Source: an uncultured cyanobacterium (GTDB lineage Bacteria; Cyanobacteriota; Cyanobacteriia; Cyanobacteriales; Nostocaceae). Taken from it: 64,000 nucleotides of DNA. The notes beneath the pieces were generated by a model, which searched no databases, was not told the origin of the DNA, and was given only the letters and a program-made list of their open reading frames with translations. This document shows positions 9,987 to 20,810 of this stretch, piece by piece. The position numbers and the translations under genes are program-made. Location of the stretch: the NCBI GenBank assembly GCA_963740315.1, contig CAVUDP010000004.1, forward strand, positions 544,001 to 608,000. Reading direction: 5' to 3'. Each line of letters opens with the position of its first letter. Positions within the stretch are counted from its first letter, which is position 1.

Positions 9987-10958
9987 GTGAAGATATTTAC
10001 GAATAGATCAATAGGGAAAACTACAGTGGCAAGTTCTTTGAATCTGTCCTTTTTTCGTCGCAAACTGCTATTAAACCTTTTAATAATTACTACAATATCT
10101 TACTCTTCATTCTCACTATATTTGTATTTACAGCAGCGTTATTTGATATTTCGTCCCAAACTCGAATTGCAAATGCTTCCCACTGCTCCAGATTTTAATT
10201 TACCTTACGAAGAAGTACGAATTTCTATTACTAACAGTAAAAATGAATATTTAAATGGTTGGTGGTTTGATGCACCCACCGAAGAAAACATAAATTTAAT
10301 TCCTAACGAACCCGTAAAAATACTTTCATCTCCCAAGACAATCCTCTATTTTTGCGGCGCTGGTGGCAACAAAAGCTACTACAATTATTTAGCAAGAATT
10401 AAAGCAATGCGACAACTGGGATTTTCAGTTTTAGTTGTTGACTATCGAGGATTTGGTGAAAGCAAAGGTAAACAACATCCTAATGAATCGCGGCTTTATC
10501 AAGATTCTCAGACTGCATGGAATTATCTTGTCAAAAAAAGACGCATCCGAGCAAAAGATATTATTGTTTATGGAGAATCTTTAGGGGGAGCAGTTGCGAT
10601 CGATTTAGCCGTTAAACATCCTCAAGCGGGTGGTTTAATCGTGCAAAGTTCGTTTACTTCGATGGCTGAAACAGTCAAACAGCAAGATTGGTTAAAAATA
10701 TTTTTGATCGATCTATTGCTAACACAAAGATTCAATTCAATTGAGAAAGTTAAAAAATTGCAAGTTCCGGTTTTATTTATTCACGGAACCGCCGATAATA
10801 TTGTACCTTCATACATGAGTCATCGGTTATATGATTCTGCACCCCAACCAAAGCAACTATTTACAGTTCCCCAAGCAGGACATTTTCGGATTTACAAACC
10901 CGGTAATAACTCATATTTGCGAGCGATTGAGAAATTTATTAAAAGTGTAAATTTTTAA
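9987..10958 (+). CDS. Membrane-anchored alpha/beta hydrolase (Bem46/ABHD13-like)
   Basis: N-terminal TM; DYRGFGES, GESLGG nucleophile elbow, IHGTADNIVP; start uncertain. Confidence 0.85.
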   Translation: MKIFTNRSIGKTTVASSLNLSFFRRKLLLNLLIITTISYSSFSLYLYLQQRYLIFRPKLELQMLPTAPDFNLPYEEVRISITNSKNEYLNGWWFDAPTEENINLIPNEPVKILSSPKTILYFCGAGGNKSYYNYLARIKAMRQLGFSVLVVDYRGFGESKGKQHPNESRLYQDSQTAWNYLVKKRRIRAKDIIVYGESLGGAVAIDLAVKHPQAGGLIVQSSFTSMAETVKQQDWLKIFLIDLLLTQRFNSIEKVKKLQVPVLFIHGTADNIVPSYMSHRLYDSAPQPKQLFTVPQAGHFRIYKPGNNSYLRAIEKFIKSVNF

Positions 10959-11090
10959 TTGTAGGGTGTGTTATGGCGCGACAGATAATTTGGCTTATGA
11001 CAAAATATATATTCGCGCCTAACGCACCGTTTTAATATTTTATGTTGAATTGCTGGTGCGGTCTTTCTAAAGCCTTAACACACCCTACAA
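10959..11090. repeat. GTAG-type REP doublet (REPIN/BIME-like)
   Basis: 15-bp terminal IR TTGTAGGGTGTGTTA / TAACACACCCTACAA; related single arm at about 41688-41722. Confidence 0.75.
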
Positions 11091-11140
11091 GTTAATTACA
11101 AATTTAATTTTATTTTCGTATCTAATCTAACCTACTAACT

Positions 11141-11173
11141 AGAAACCCGGTATCTCAAAGATACCGGCTTTCT
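11141..11173. terminator. Hairpin between convergent genes (possible terminator or repeat)
   Basis: AGAAA-C-CCGGTATCT-CAA-AGATACCGG-C-TTTCT. Confidence 0.5.
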
Positions 11174-11193
11174 TCATTTTCAGCTTTTTATTA

Positions 11194-12786
11194 CTAAGCA
11201 CTCACTTCCTGCTTCCGCTTACTCAGTACCGCTGCATACAAGCGATTAAGTGCATTTACATAAGCTTGCGCGGATGCAACGATAATATCTGTATTCGCCG
11301 ATCGCCCTGAATAAATCTTATCCTCGTACTTCAATCGGATAGTAACTTCACCGATCGCATCAATACCGGCAGTTACCGATTGTACGGAAAACTCAATCAA
11401 GTTATTCGGTACATTTACCACGCGGTTGATTGCTTTGTATACAGCATCTACAGGTCCGGTACCAATCGCCGCATCGGTTAACTCTTCTCCTTGGGGGTTG
11501 CGTAAAGTCACGGTTGCGGTGGGACTTGCATTACTACCGCAGGAAACCTGCACCAATTCCAATTTGAACAAATCGGGTGTTTGTTGAATTTCATCGTTGG
11601 CAAGTGCTTCTAAATCCCAATCGGTAATTTCTTTCTTTTTGTCGGCGACTTCTTTAAATCGAACAAATGCTTTGTTTAAGTCCGAATCTGACATTTCAAA
11701 ACCCAATTCTTTCAAACGGGTACGAAAAGCATTTCTTCCCGAATGCTTACCCAAAACGATTTGATTTTCTGTCAAACCAACTGATTGGGCATCCATGATT
11801 TCATAAGTTAGCTTGTTTTTCAACACGCCATCTTGATGAATTCCGGATTCGTGAGCAAAAGCGTTTGTTCCAACAATTGCTTTGTTTGGCTGCACCAACA
11901 TTCCGGTTAAATTGGAAACCAAACGAGAGGTTTTATATATCTGTTTGGTGTCAATATTTGTTAACGCTGCTTCCGAATCAACATCTCGTCCTAAGAAAGG
12001 ATTAAAATATTGTCGTCGCACGTGGAGAGCCATTACTAACTCTTCTAAAGCTGCATTTCCGGCACGTTCTCCTATACCGTTGATGGTACATTCTAATTGT
12101 CTGGCACCATTTTTTACTGCTTCTAAAAAGTTAGCAACTGCTAAACCTAAATCGTTATGTCCGTGAACCGAGATAATTGCTTTATCTATATTGGGAACGT
12201 TTTCTGTAATTCCTTTAATTAAAGCTCCAAATTCGCTGGGAGTTGTATAACCAACCGTATCGGGAATATTAACTGTTGTTGCTCCGGCTGCGATCGCTCT
12301 TTCCAATACTTGGTAAAGATATTCTGGATCGGAACGTACTGCATCCATTGGCGAAAACTCTACATCTTCCATAAAAGATTTAGAGTAAGCAACCATTTCT
12401 TCAGCAATTGACAGCACTTCTTCTCTAGTTTTCTTTAACTGATATTTTAAGTGAATATCAGAAGTTGAAATAAAAGTATGAATTCTTCCTTTAGCTGCTG
12501 GCTTTATCGCTTCGGCTGCGGCTTTAATATCGTTTTTAATTGCTCTTGCCAAACTACAGATTACCGGACCATCTTCTGTACCTACTGTTTGAGCAATTTT
12601 ATTAACAGCTTCAAAATCTCCAGGACTTGCAAAAGCAAAACCCGCTTCGATGATGTCTACCCCCAAACGCTTTAACTGCTTGGCGATCGCTAGTTTTTCA
12701 TCGATATTTAAAGTTGCCCCCGGACATTGCTCTCCGTCGCGGAGTGTAGTATCAAAAATAATAATTCGTTCTGGATTTGTTTTCAT
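11194..12786 (-). CDS. leuA: 2-isopropylmalate synthase
   Basis: [25 protein letters not shown] and HESGIHQDG motifs; C-terminal regulatory domain. Confidence 0.97.
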   Translation of the reverse strand: MKTNPERIIIFDTTLRDGEQCPGATLNIDEKLAIAKQLKRLGVDIIEAGFAFASPGDFEAVNKIAQTVGTEDGPVICSLARAIKNDIKAAAEAIKPAAKGRIHTFISTSDIHLKYQLKKTREEVLSIAEEMVAYSKSFMEDVEFSPMDAVRSDPEYLYQVLERAIAAGATTVNIPDTVGYTTPSEFGALIKGITENVPNIDKAIISVHGHNDLGLAVANFLEAVKNGARQLECTINGIGERAGNAALEELVMALHVRRQYFNPFLGRDVDSEAALTNIDTKQIYKTSRLVSNLTGMLVQPNKAIVGTNAFAHESGIHQDGVLKNKLTYEIMDAQSVGLTENQIVLGKHSGRNAFRTRLKELGFEMSDSDLNKAFVRFKEVADKKKEITDWDLEALANDEIQQTPDLFKLELVQVSCGSNASPTATVTLRNPQGEELTDAAIGTGPVDAVYKAINRVVNVPNNLIEFSVQSVTAGIDAIGEVTIRLKYEDKIYSGRSANTDIIVASAQAYVNALNRLYAAVLSKRKQEVSA

Positions 12787-12880
12787 AACCCTGTTTTTGT
12801 AGATTTTTTCCTTGTGCCTAACAATACTTTCTAATTTAATTTTTTTTAGTAATTAATTTTCTAAATAATTGTAAAGATTA

Positions 12881-13402
12881 TTAAGCTTCAGTTTTTTCTA
12901 TACTGTTTCTTATTTCATTTAAATCTATATATCTATCGGTAGCATTACGTAATTCCCGTGCTATCATTCCTTCTGTAGATACGACAGTTATATGAGTGTT
13001 TTTCGAGCGTAATAGTTCAATTGCTCTTTCAAAATCTCCGTCTCCACTAAATAAAATTACCCGGTCATATTGGTCTACTGTATTAAACATATCTACAACA
13101 ATTTCAATATCTAAATTAGCTTTTTGAGAGTAACGTCCGGAGGAATCATCATAATATTCTTTAAGTATTTTAGTTCGTACTGTATATCCTAAACTAATTA
13201 GAGCATCTCTAAAACCTCGTTGATCCTGTGGGTCTTTTAAGCCTGTATACCAAAATGCGTTGATTAAATTTGTATGTATTTGCTCGTATTTGAAGTATTC
13301 TAATACTCGTCGTGGGTCGAAAAACCAGCCATTCTTTTGTTGAGCATAGAACATATTATTTCCGTCTACAAAAATAGACAGACGAGTCATATGAGTTTCC
13401 AT
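12881..13402 (-). CDS. labA: NYN/LabA-DUF88 domain protein
   Basis: IFVDGNNMFY, KANLDIEIVVDM and LFSGDGDF PIN-like motifs. Confidence 0.85.
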   Translation of the reverse strand: METHMTRLSIFVDGNNMFYAQQKNGWFFDPRRVLEYFKYEQIHTNLINAFWYTGLKDPQDQRGFRDALISLGYTVRTKILKEYYDDSSGRYSQKANLDIEIVVDMFNTVDQYDRVILFSGDGDFERAIELLRSKNTHITVVSTEGMIARELRNATDRYIDLNEIRNSIEKTEA

Positions 13403-14428
13403 AGGAAATTACACCATTAAATATAAATGAATCTAGATTGAACAATAGATTATAGCAATAATAAAATGACAAATTCGCTAATATATAAATTATATTGTCA
13501 TGTATAGCTTTTATCTACCATCCCCGAATTAAGGAGATTGACTAAAACAATAAACTGTGGTTAAAACAAATTGAGAGTGTTTTTCACCTTCAATTTGCCT
13601 ATAGGCACCCTGAAATCAAAATCTACCAATAAAATTGACTAAGTAGCAGAATTTTTAACTGTATATTAGTTAAGTTTACTCCTAAATAGGTAAGTAATTA
13701 TCAAGCCTTAGTATGCAGAGCAGTATCGCACCCTCTGAGTGAATAATCATGGTTTTTATGATTTTGAATAACATATGCTGGCTGTTGCGATTGGGGAAAA
13801 GTAAAGAAGCCTTCGAGGCGCTTAATAGCTTCGGAGTATCTAAAAAGCAATGATTATTAAAAAATTGTAACGATAACCTACAGATAATAGAGTACCCAGT
13901 CTCAGACAAGAAATCATCTGCAATTAATCGGGCATGTGTTTAATCGAATCACCCACCCAGAAGGCAAGACTCGATATTGTATAGAATAGCCATTGCAACG
14001 CTTCATAGAACTGAATAAAATATTGTTGCCTACTAATCGCTTGCTTGTAAAAATAATTTAATAATTTACGATCTTATTACCTAATTTACTTTTGCCCTGG
14101 GGAAAGTGACAAGGCTACAGGTAACGGGAATATAAAATATACATACTTTTACGTACAACCATATAGATGGCGAGATAATTACCTTTTATGTTTTATATAA
14201 AGCTAATTTGAGGAAATCCCCTTCTCCAAGTACTCTTCATGGTATTGATTCTGGAATATCTCATCATCTTACTATCGCCATAAAAAGAAACATCAGATGA
14301 TAGTTAATAAAAGTATAATATCTTCATGTGTATAGCTTTTTGTTTAAGTATTATCGATAGGGTAGCTTACACTAAGTAATGTGTAAACCGAACGGCATTG
14401 TTCTACGTAAATTAACCAATAATACAAT

Positions 14429-16762
14429 ATGGCAGAAGAACCTACATATAACACAACTAAAAAATATGTGTCTGCTGCCAAGAAACTGCTGAGGTTTCCC
14501 AAACAAGCCACTTCTACGGTAACGGCACGTCAATTTAAGATGATGGCACGTTTAGGTCATATTCTTAGTGGTGCTTCGGTTGTGGGGGCTGTATTTCTAG
14601 CGGCTTCTGGTGCTGGTTTAAATTATTGGCTAGAATTCCAAGCAGAAAGCTTTTTTTATCTGCTGCGAGGAAAGGTAAATCCGCCAAAAGATGTTGTCAT
14701 CTTGGCAATAGATGATGATTCATTATTGTTTCCCAAGCAATCTTATCAAATAGATCCGATTGAGTACGGTTATTTAGAACCCCTGAAGTCATTTCCCTTT
14801 CAACGCAAAGTATACGGGGAAGCCATCAACAAATTAATTCAAGCTGGGGCGCGTCATGTTGCAGTGGATATACTTTTTGATTCCCCAAGCAGTTACGGGA
14901 AAGCCGATGATAAACAGCTGATTGACGTGCTAGAGAGACATGGAAAGAAAGTAACTCTAGCCGCACTCTATGAAAAATCTCAGTCACATCAAGGATTTTC
15001 CTGGCAATTAGTTTTACCGCATCAGCAACTTCGCACGGGTTCAGTATCCATAGGTTCGACAAACTTCCCTATAGAGATAGATGCTAAAATCCATAGATTA
15101 GCAAGCGTATTCCCCAGACTTTTAACCGAAAATGAAGGTATAGTTCCCAGCATCATGCCCTCATTTGACCAATCAGCACTAATAGCTGCCAATATAAAAT
15201 ATCCCCAACCAAAAGGCGATCGCATTTATTTTTATGGAGGGGAACAGACATTTAAGACTTATTCTTTTTGGAATTTATTTGAGCCGGACTTCTGGGATAC
15301 TAATTTACAGGGAGGAAAGGTTTTCAAAGATAAAATTGTTTTAATTGGCTTCACTGCTAGAACGAACAAAGGAGACGATTTCCATCGCGTTGCTGTATCT
15401 TCTAATGGGCTATATCCCGAAACAATGTCTGGAGTCGAAGTTCATGCCAACGCGATCGCAACCTTAATGCAAGGAAAAGCGATTGCTTCTCCAATTTCTA
15501 ATCCATTACAGCGAGGTTTATTCGTACTGGTTTTAGTTGGTGGATTGGCGGTAATAATAGCCAGAATACGACAAGGTACAACCAGATTTGCAGCAAGTCT
15601 CGTGCTTACGATTGTGTGGGGAGGAATTAGTTACAGTTTATTTGTCTACAGTCAGTTAATTGTTCCTACTGCCGTACCAATAATGGCAATTTCTACCATT
15701 GGACTTTGCTATTTCGGAACCGAAGTAGCCAGGGAAAAGTTAAGAAAAACTCAACTAGTCGATATTCTACAAAAGCACGCTTCCAACCGCGTAGTACAAG
15801 AGATAATATCTGGGCAAGATGATTTAAAAGATTTATTAGGACAGCGTTTAAAAGAAATATCGGGAAAAGTTTTAGATGGTAGATATAAAATAGTTAATGT
15901 ATTAGGTTCGGGTGGATTTAGTGAAACTTATATAGCAGAAGATACCAGACTTCCAGGCAACCCTCTATGCGTAGTCAAGCAGCTGAAGCCGGTTAACAAT
16001 AGATCGGAACAATTGCAAGTAGCCAGACGCTTGTTTAAATCAGAAGCACAAACCTTGCAAGCATTAGGAAATCACAATCAAATACCCCAGTTACTGGCTT
16101 ACTTTGAAGAAGAAGAAGAATTTTATTTAGTTCAAGAATACATCCGAGGTAGACCTTTAAATAAAGAAATACTTTTAGATAAACGCCTTCCAGAACCATT
16201 AGTTATTGAGATACTTAAAGATTTACTGCAAACATTAGTGTTTGTACATGACAAAGGTGTAATTCACCGCGATATTAAACCCAACAACATTATCCGACGC
16301 AAATCAGACGGCAAGCTGGTTTTGATTGACTTTGGTGCTGTAAAACAAGTTTCTACTCAAGTAATTAATTCTCAAGAACAAACAGCCTTCACAATTGGTA
16401 TTGGTACCAAAGGTTATGCCCCACGAGAACAATGTCTGGGGTATCCGCAATACAGTAGCGATATTTATGCAGTGGGAATGATCGGTATCTCTAGTTTAAC
16501 TGGTACACCACCTCACGAATTACCAATAGATGAAAACCAGGAGTTGGAATGGATTGACAAAGCAACTACAAGTATTGCCTTTGCTAAAATCCTCAGCAAA
16601 ATGGTCTTTGATAACTACCAGCAGAGATATCAGTCAGCCACAGAAGCACTCCAAGCACTTCAAGAGTTAACCGATCCTGTTTCTTACGATTTCGCAGACA
16701 ACTTATCAATAAATACTATATCTATAAACGAATCAAACGCTCCTACCGAACCTTGGAATTGA
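14429..16762 (+). CDS. CHASE2-sensor transmembrane Ser/Thr protein kinase
   Basis: CHASE2 motifs VVILAIDDDS and MSGVEVHANAIAT; 3 TMs; kinase LGSGGFSETY, IHRDIKPNN, DFGAVK. Confidence 0.92.
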   Translation: MAEEPTYNTTKKYVSAAKKLLRFPKQATSTVTARQFKMMARLGHILSGASVVGAVFLAASGAGLNYWLEFQAESFFYLLRGKVNPPKDVVILAIDDDSLLFPKQSYQIDPIEYGYLEPLKSFPFQRKVYGEAINKLIQAGARHVAVDILFDSPSSYGKADDKQLIDVLERHGKKVTLAALYEKSQSHQGFSWQLVLPHQQLRTGSVSIGSTNFPIEIDAKIHRLASVFPRLLTENEGIVPSIMPSFDQSALIAANIKYPQPKGDRIYFYGGEQTFKTYSFWNLFEPDFWDTNLQGGKVFKDKIVLIGFTARTNKGDDFHRVAVSSNGLYPETMSGVEVHANAIATLMQGKAIASPISNPLQRGLFVLVLVGGLAVIIARIRQGTTRFAASLVLTIVWGGISYSLFVYSQLIVPTAVPIMAISTIGLCYFGTEVAREKLRKTQLVDILQKHASNRVVQEIISGQDDLKDLLGQRLKEISGKVLDGRYKIVNVLGSGGFSETYIAEDTRLPGNPLCVVKQLKPVNNRSEQLQVARRLFKSEAQTLQALGNHNQIPQLLAYFEEEEEFYLVQEYIRGRPLNKEILLDKRLPEPLVIEILKDLLQTLVFVHDKGVIHRDIKPNNIIRRKSDGKLVLIDFGAVKQVSTQVINSQEQTAFTIGIGTKGYAPREQCLGYPQYSSDIYAVGMIGISSLTGTPPHELPIDENQELEWIDKATTSIAFAKILSKMVFDNYQQRYQSATEALQALQELTDPVSYDFADNLSINTISINESNAPTEPWN

Positions 16763-16812
16763 AATTGTAGAGAGTTCCGCAGTGCTATGTCTCCCGACAT
16801 TTACAAAAAAAA

Positions 16813-17040
16813 CTAACCCATTAAACATTATGCAATCAACCACTAGTAGTCGATTGCATTAATTTTGATAGGTAACAAAGGTTCGTAGTAAGAGTTTTAA
16901 CTCTCCGGCTCTGAGGATTCGTTACCTCGCATTGAAGGGAATCGATGCCGACACGTAGAACTTTTATTAGTTTTGATAGGTTATACGTGCCCACTTAAAA
17001 TCAAAAATCCGGAGCGCTTTAGCGCTTACTACGAACCTTT
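16813..17040. repeat. Composite palindromic repeat, homologous to 63443-63800
   Basis: 16-bp IR AAAGGTTCGTAGTAAG (16877) / CTTACTACGAACCTTT (17025); shares the ACTAGT hairpin, TTTTGATRGGTAACAAAGGTTC and CTACGTGTCGGCAT modules with 63.5 kb. Confidence 0.75.
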
Positions 17041-17070
17041 TTTACCTGTCAAAAAAAATGACATAGACCA

Positions 17071-18681
17071 CTAGGTAGATATCGGTGGAGGTTCTGTTGT
17101 CGGGTTTTCTATCGGTGGAGTTTCTATCGGTGGAGTTTCTATCGGTGGAGTTTCTATCGGTGGAGTTTCTATCGGTGGAGTTTCTATCGGTGGAGTTTCT
17201 ATCGGTGGAGTTTCTATTGGTGGAGTTTCTATCGGTGGAGTTTCTATTGGTGGAGTTTCTATTGGTGGAGTTTCTATCGGTGGAGTTTCTATTGGTGGAG
17301 TTTCTATCGGTGGAGTTTCTATTGGTGGAGTTTCTATTGGTGGAGTTTCTATCGGTGGAGTTTCTATTGGTGGAGTTTCTATCGGTGGAGTTTCCGTTGT
17401 CGGTTTTGTCGGAGTACCGTTATCTGTTGGCGGTGTTGTTGGTGTTGTCGGTTTTGTCGGAGTACCGTTATCTGTTGGCGGTGTTGTTGGTGTTGTCGGT
17501 TTTGTCGGAGTACCGTTATCTGTTGGCGGTGTTGTTGGTGTTGTTGGTTTTGTCGGAGTACCGTTATCTGTTGGCGGTGTTGTTGGTGTTGTCGGTTTTG
17601 TCGGAGTACCCCCACCAGTTGGCGGTGTTGTTGGTGTTGTCGGTTTTGTCGGAGTACCGTTATCTGTTGGCGGTGTTGTTGGTGTTGTCGGTTTTGTCGG
17701 AGTACCGCTACCAGTTGGTGGCGTTATCGGTGTTGCCGGTATTGCTGGTGTTGTCGGTTTACCAGTATCAGTTGGTGTTGGTGTTGCTGGTATTATTGGT
17801 GTTATCGGTAAGGATGGATTATCTTCGTTTTCTTCTGAATTGTCTATAATAACTGGTCCGTCTTCTACAAAAGGATTTGCAGGTAAAGGATTTGGAACAA
17901 CTTCTTCACCTGGTGTCTCCGAGGAAACAGGACTTAATTCTATAAAAGATGGATTTTCAACTACATCCTCGCCTTTGATAGGCACTTGTTTTGAGACAGC
18001 TTCGGAGGTTTCTGCTTGAACGCTAGCCATTGCAGGATCTGAAGCGGTATCGCTAGTGCTACTTAGATCGAGTCCCCGTACCAAATCGCTCGTCTCGTAA
18101 AAACTTCTCAGATCAAAATCGTATAATCCCTGAATTTTTCCTTTAACTACTACTATTAACTGTCCCGCTTTTAGTACTTGAGAACGAGATTCATCTTTAT
18201 TAAAAACTTCTATACCGCTATCAGTCAGCGAACCTACAACCGTGGTATCTGTTTGTTCGTCATAGCGTACAAATAATGCCGAACCACGAATTGTTGCACC
18301 AGCACTACGAGTTCTTATTTTTGTTTGTCCCTGCCCTGGTGGTATCAGCAGTAATACGGTTCCGTTTAACAATCTAAATGTTCTAGTTCTGGGCGCAAAT
18401 CTAAATACTGCTCGCTCGCCAATCCGTGCTAAGGAACCGTCATTAAACCGCAAGTCAGCTAAAGAAGATTTACCCGTAGCCAATCCGTCTCCAGGAATCA
18501 TCGTATCCCTCGTTCGTGCCCGACGCTTTGGTCGATTTTGGGGCAGGAGTTGTACCCAGTTATGCAGTTTCTTAACTACAGCCCGAGTCAAAGGAGTTGA
18601 TGCATTTGCCTGTTGGGGTAACGGCAATATTACAACTCCCCATAAACTAACAATCACCAAAGGAACTAACTTGCGGAACAT
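17071..18681 (-). CDS. Secreted FecR-domain protein with long Pro/Thr repeat tail
   Basis: Signal peptide; FecR-like GDGLATGKSSLADLRFNDGSLARIG and ATIRGS; repetitive C-terminus. Confidence 0.85.
   Translation of the reverse strand: MFRKLVPLVIVSLWGVVILPLPQQANASTPLTRAVVKKLHNWVQLLPQNRPKRRARTRDTMIPGDGLATGKSSLADLRFNDGSLARIGERAVFRFAPRTRTFRLLNGTVLLLIPPGQGQTKIRTRSAGATIRGSALFVRYDEQTDTTVVGSLTDSGIEVFNKDESRSQVLKAGQLIVVVKGKIQGLYDFDLRSFYETSDLVRGLDLSSTSDTASDPAMASVQAETSEAVSKQVPIKGEDVVENPSFIELSPVSSETPGEEVVPNPLPANPFVEDGPVIIDNSEENEDNPSLPITPIIPATPTPTDTGKPTTPAIPATPITPPTGSGTPTKPTTPTTPPTDNGTPTKPTTPTTPPTGGGTPTKPTTPTTPPTDNGTPTKPTTPTTPPTDNGTPTKPTTPTTPPTDNGTPTKPTTPTTPPTDNGTPTKPTTETPPIETPPIETPPIETPPIETPPIETPPIETPPIETPPIETPPIETPPIETPPIETPPIETPPIETPPIETPPIETPPIETPPIETPPIETPPIENPTTEPPPIST
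17107..17720 (-). repeat. Coding tandem repeats: about 19 x 15 bp (TPPIE) and about 6-7 x 48 bp (TPTKPTTPTTPPTDNG)
   Basis: GGTGGAGTTTCTAT(C/T) array at about 17107-17393 and 48-bp array at about 17396-17720. Confidence 0.92.
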
Positions 18682-19029
18682 AAAAGCTATATACCTTACA
18701 TAATTTTACGATTACCACACCAGCCAACACGAAGATTCAAATCAAAAGTTCGAGCTTGTAAAACGTTTAAGCAATTTTTTGTAAGTAAATTTGCTTAAAT
18801 CAATTTAAAAATTAAATATCTAAAGTAGACAAATCTACTATATATTAGTAACTTTACAGTCATTAAGCAAAGCCAAAGATAATCTTATCTTTTATATTGA
18901 ATGCTATTGTTTTTTCTTATAGCATTATCTAAATCAACTTATAGATACTAGATTCGCGCAGAATTCTAGATTTTAGATAGGGAATTTATTACCCTCGTAT
19001 TTAAGTCTAATGAAGATAAAACAAGTTTT

Positions 19030-20625
19030 ATGAAACCAAAAAATTGGAAAAATTTGTGGTTATATATAACGTTTGTCTCTAGCTGCACAATATGGTGTTG
19101 CACTAGCACGAAAGTTGTAAAAGCTACCAATCAAAGCAACCTGAAAAAAAAGGGGGAGCCTGTATCAAAGATATCATCTTTAGCCGATTCACGCATTATA
19201 TCCGAATCATTTGATAAATCCTTTTCAAATCGCGATCGCGCCAAAATAAAACTACAAGATAAGAGAGAAACAACAGCAAATACCTCCGTAATTTCACCGC
19301 CAGAAATCATTCATCTGCAAGAATCAACGGAGAAAAAAACGAATATTGTAACTTTGCAAAATAAACTTAGTCGGAGCAAAATACTCCCTATAATTTCAAA
19401 ACCTACGCCGGATGCAATTATTTCTGAACAAAGCCAAAATACCTTTACTACAAATCAAGATTTAAATTTAGAATTTTCAGATATTTCAATTCCAAATAGA
19501 GAATTATCAGCACCAATACAGATAACGCAAAATCAGGAGCCATCACCACCGCCACCAACTCCCGAAAATATTGAAGAAAACCCCCCACCACCAGCACCAA
19601 CTCCCGAAAACATTGAAAAAAACCCCCCACCTTTAGAAAGTCAACCGACAGATTTTCCTGCTCCAACTCCATCAGAAATTGAGCAAAAGTTAGATACCTT
19701 TGAAGACGAACGTTCTCAAAGATTAGGAAAGTTATTAGAGCTACTTGAGGAGAATAAGAATAAACAAGAACAATCTTCTACTAACGGGGAATTAGGCTTA
19801 ATTATCGCGGTGGAAGTTCCGATGGAAGCACCCAAACCCCCAGAGCAAAAGCAACCACAACCAATAGAAAAACCTGTAGCTAATTTTAAACCTATAGGTT
19901 ATTTATTAGGTCGTGTCGGTTACTTTCATACAAGTAATATATTTTCTTCTAGAACTAACCCAATTGATGACGGTTTAATATTTACTGGACTGACACTTGC
20001 CGCAGCACCATTCAAAATTGCACCGAAAACCTACTTAAACGGATCGATTGATGGCAACATAATTCGATACAGCGATCAATCGGAATTTGACTACAACCAA
20101 ATCAGATTTAACTTAGGTATTTACCAGCAACTGACCAGTAAAATGTACGGTGAAATTGGATGGAATAATCAACAATTGTTTTATTCAAAAAGTAGCGATC
20201 GCTTTAATTTCTCATCAGGAGATAAATTTTTAAATGAAAACTCTTTCCGCCTATCTGTAGGACGAAGAGATCCTTTAGCACCAAAATTAAACTTAGATAG
20301 CTTCTACGAACTTCGTTTAAGTCTGACAAACCCACCCGAAAAACGCAACCGATTTATTAATTATGTTTGGTTCTCTTTAAACTATTCTTTAGAAGAATCA
20401 TTGCGCTTTGGTATTGACTATCAATTTAACTTAGCCAACTTTTTAGAACGAAGCAGAGAAGACCAGTATCATCGACTATCAGCTAACTTAAAATACGGTA
20501 TATCAGACCTTAGCAGCATTAGTTTACAAAGCGGCTTTACATTAGGTGGTTCCACAGACCGTAATATTGATTTTGATGGTTGGTTTTTAAGCGTTAATTA
20601 CAGTTGGGATTTAGGACAGTTTTGA
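19030..20625 (+). CDS. Putative outer-membrane beta-barrel protein with disordered Pro-rich N-terminal half
   Basis: Signal-like N-terminus; C-terminal about 240 aa of alternating aromatic beta-strand pattern ending in F. Confidence 0.65.
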   Translation: MKPKNWKNLWLYITFVSSCTIWCCTSTKVVKATNQSNLKKKGEPVSKISSLADSRIISESFDKSFSNRDRAKIKLQDKRETTANTSVISPPEIIHLQESTEKKTNIVTLQNKLSRSKILPIISKPTPDAIISEQSQNTFTTNQDLNLEFSDISIPNRELSAPIQITQNQEPSPPPPTPENIEENPPPPAPTPENIEKNPPPLESQPTDFPAPTPSEIEQKLDTFEDERSQRLGKLLELLEENKNKQEQSSTNGELGLIIAVEVPMEAPKPPEQKQPQPIEKPVANFKPIGYLLGRVGYFHTSNIFSSRTNPIDDGLIFTGLTLAAAPFKIAPKTYLNGSIDGNIIRYSDQSEFDYNQIRFNLGIYQQLTSKMYGEIGWNNQQLFYSKSSDRFNFSSGDKFLNENSFRLSVGRRDPLAPKLNLDSFYELRLSLTNPPEKRNRFINYVWFSLNYSLEESLRFGIDYQFNLANFLERSREDQYHRLSANLKYGISDLSSISLQSGFTLGGSTDRNIDFDGWFLSVNYSWDLGQF

Positions 20626-20688
20626 GAACAGTGAACAGTGAACAGTGAACAGTGAACAGTGAACAGTGAACAGTGAACAGTGAACAGT
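20626..20688. repeat. STRR (GAACAGT)x9
   Basis: Nine perfect heptamers. Confidence 0.95.
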
Positions 20689-20753
20689 TAGGAGTTAGAA
20701 GTGAGTAGCGAGATAGTTATTTTCCACTTTGTTCCTTTGTCCCCCCTCTCCCC

Positions 20754-20809
20754 ATTACCAATTACCAATTACCAATTACCAATTACCAATTACCAATTAC
20801 CAATTACCA
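20754..20809. repeat. STRR (ATTACCA)x8
   Basis: Eight perfect heptamers. Confidence 0.95.
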
Positions 20810-20810
20810 A

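Noticed and set aside
13682..13909. 75-aa ORF in the labA-kinase intergenic region
   Set aside because: TTG start, no RBS or motif recognised; cannot be supported
17085..17849. 254-aa plus-strand ORF (VEFLS repeats)
   Set aside because: Antisense shadow of the FecR gene tandem repeats
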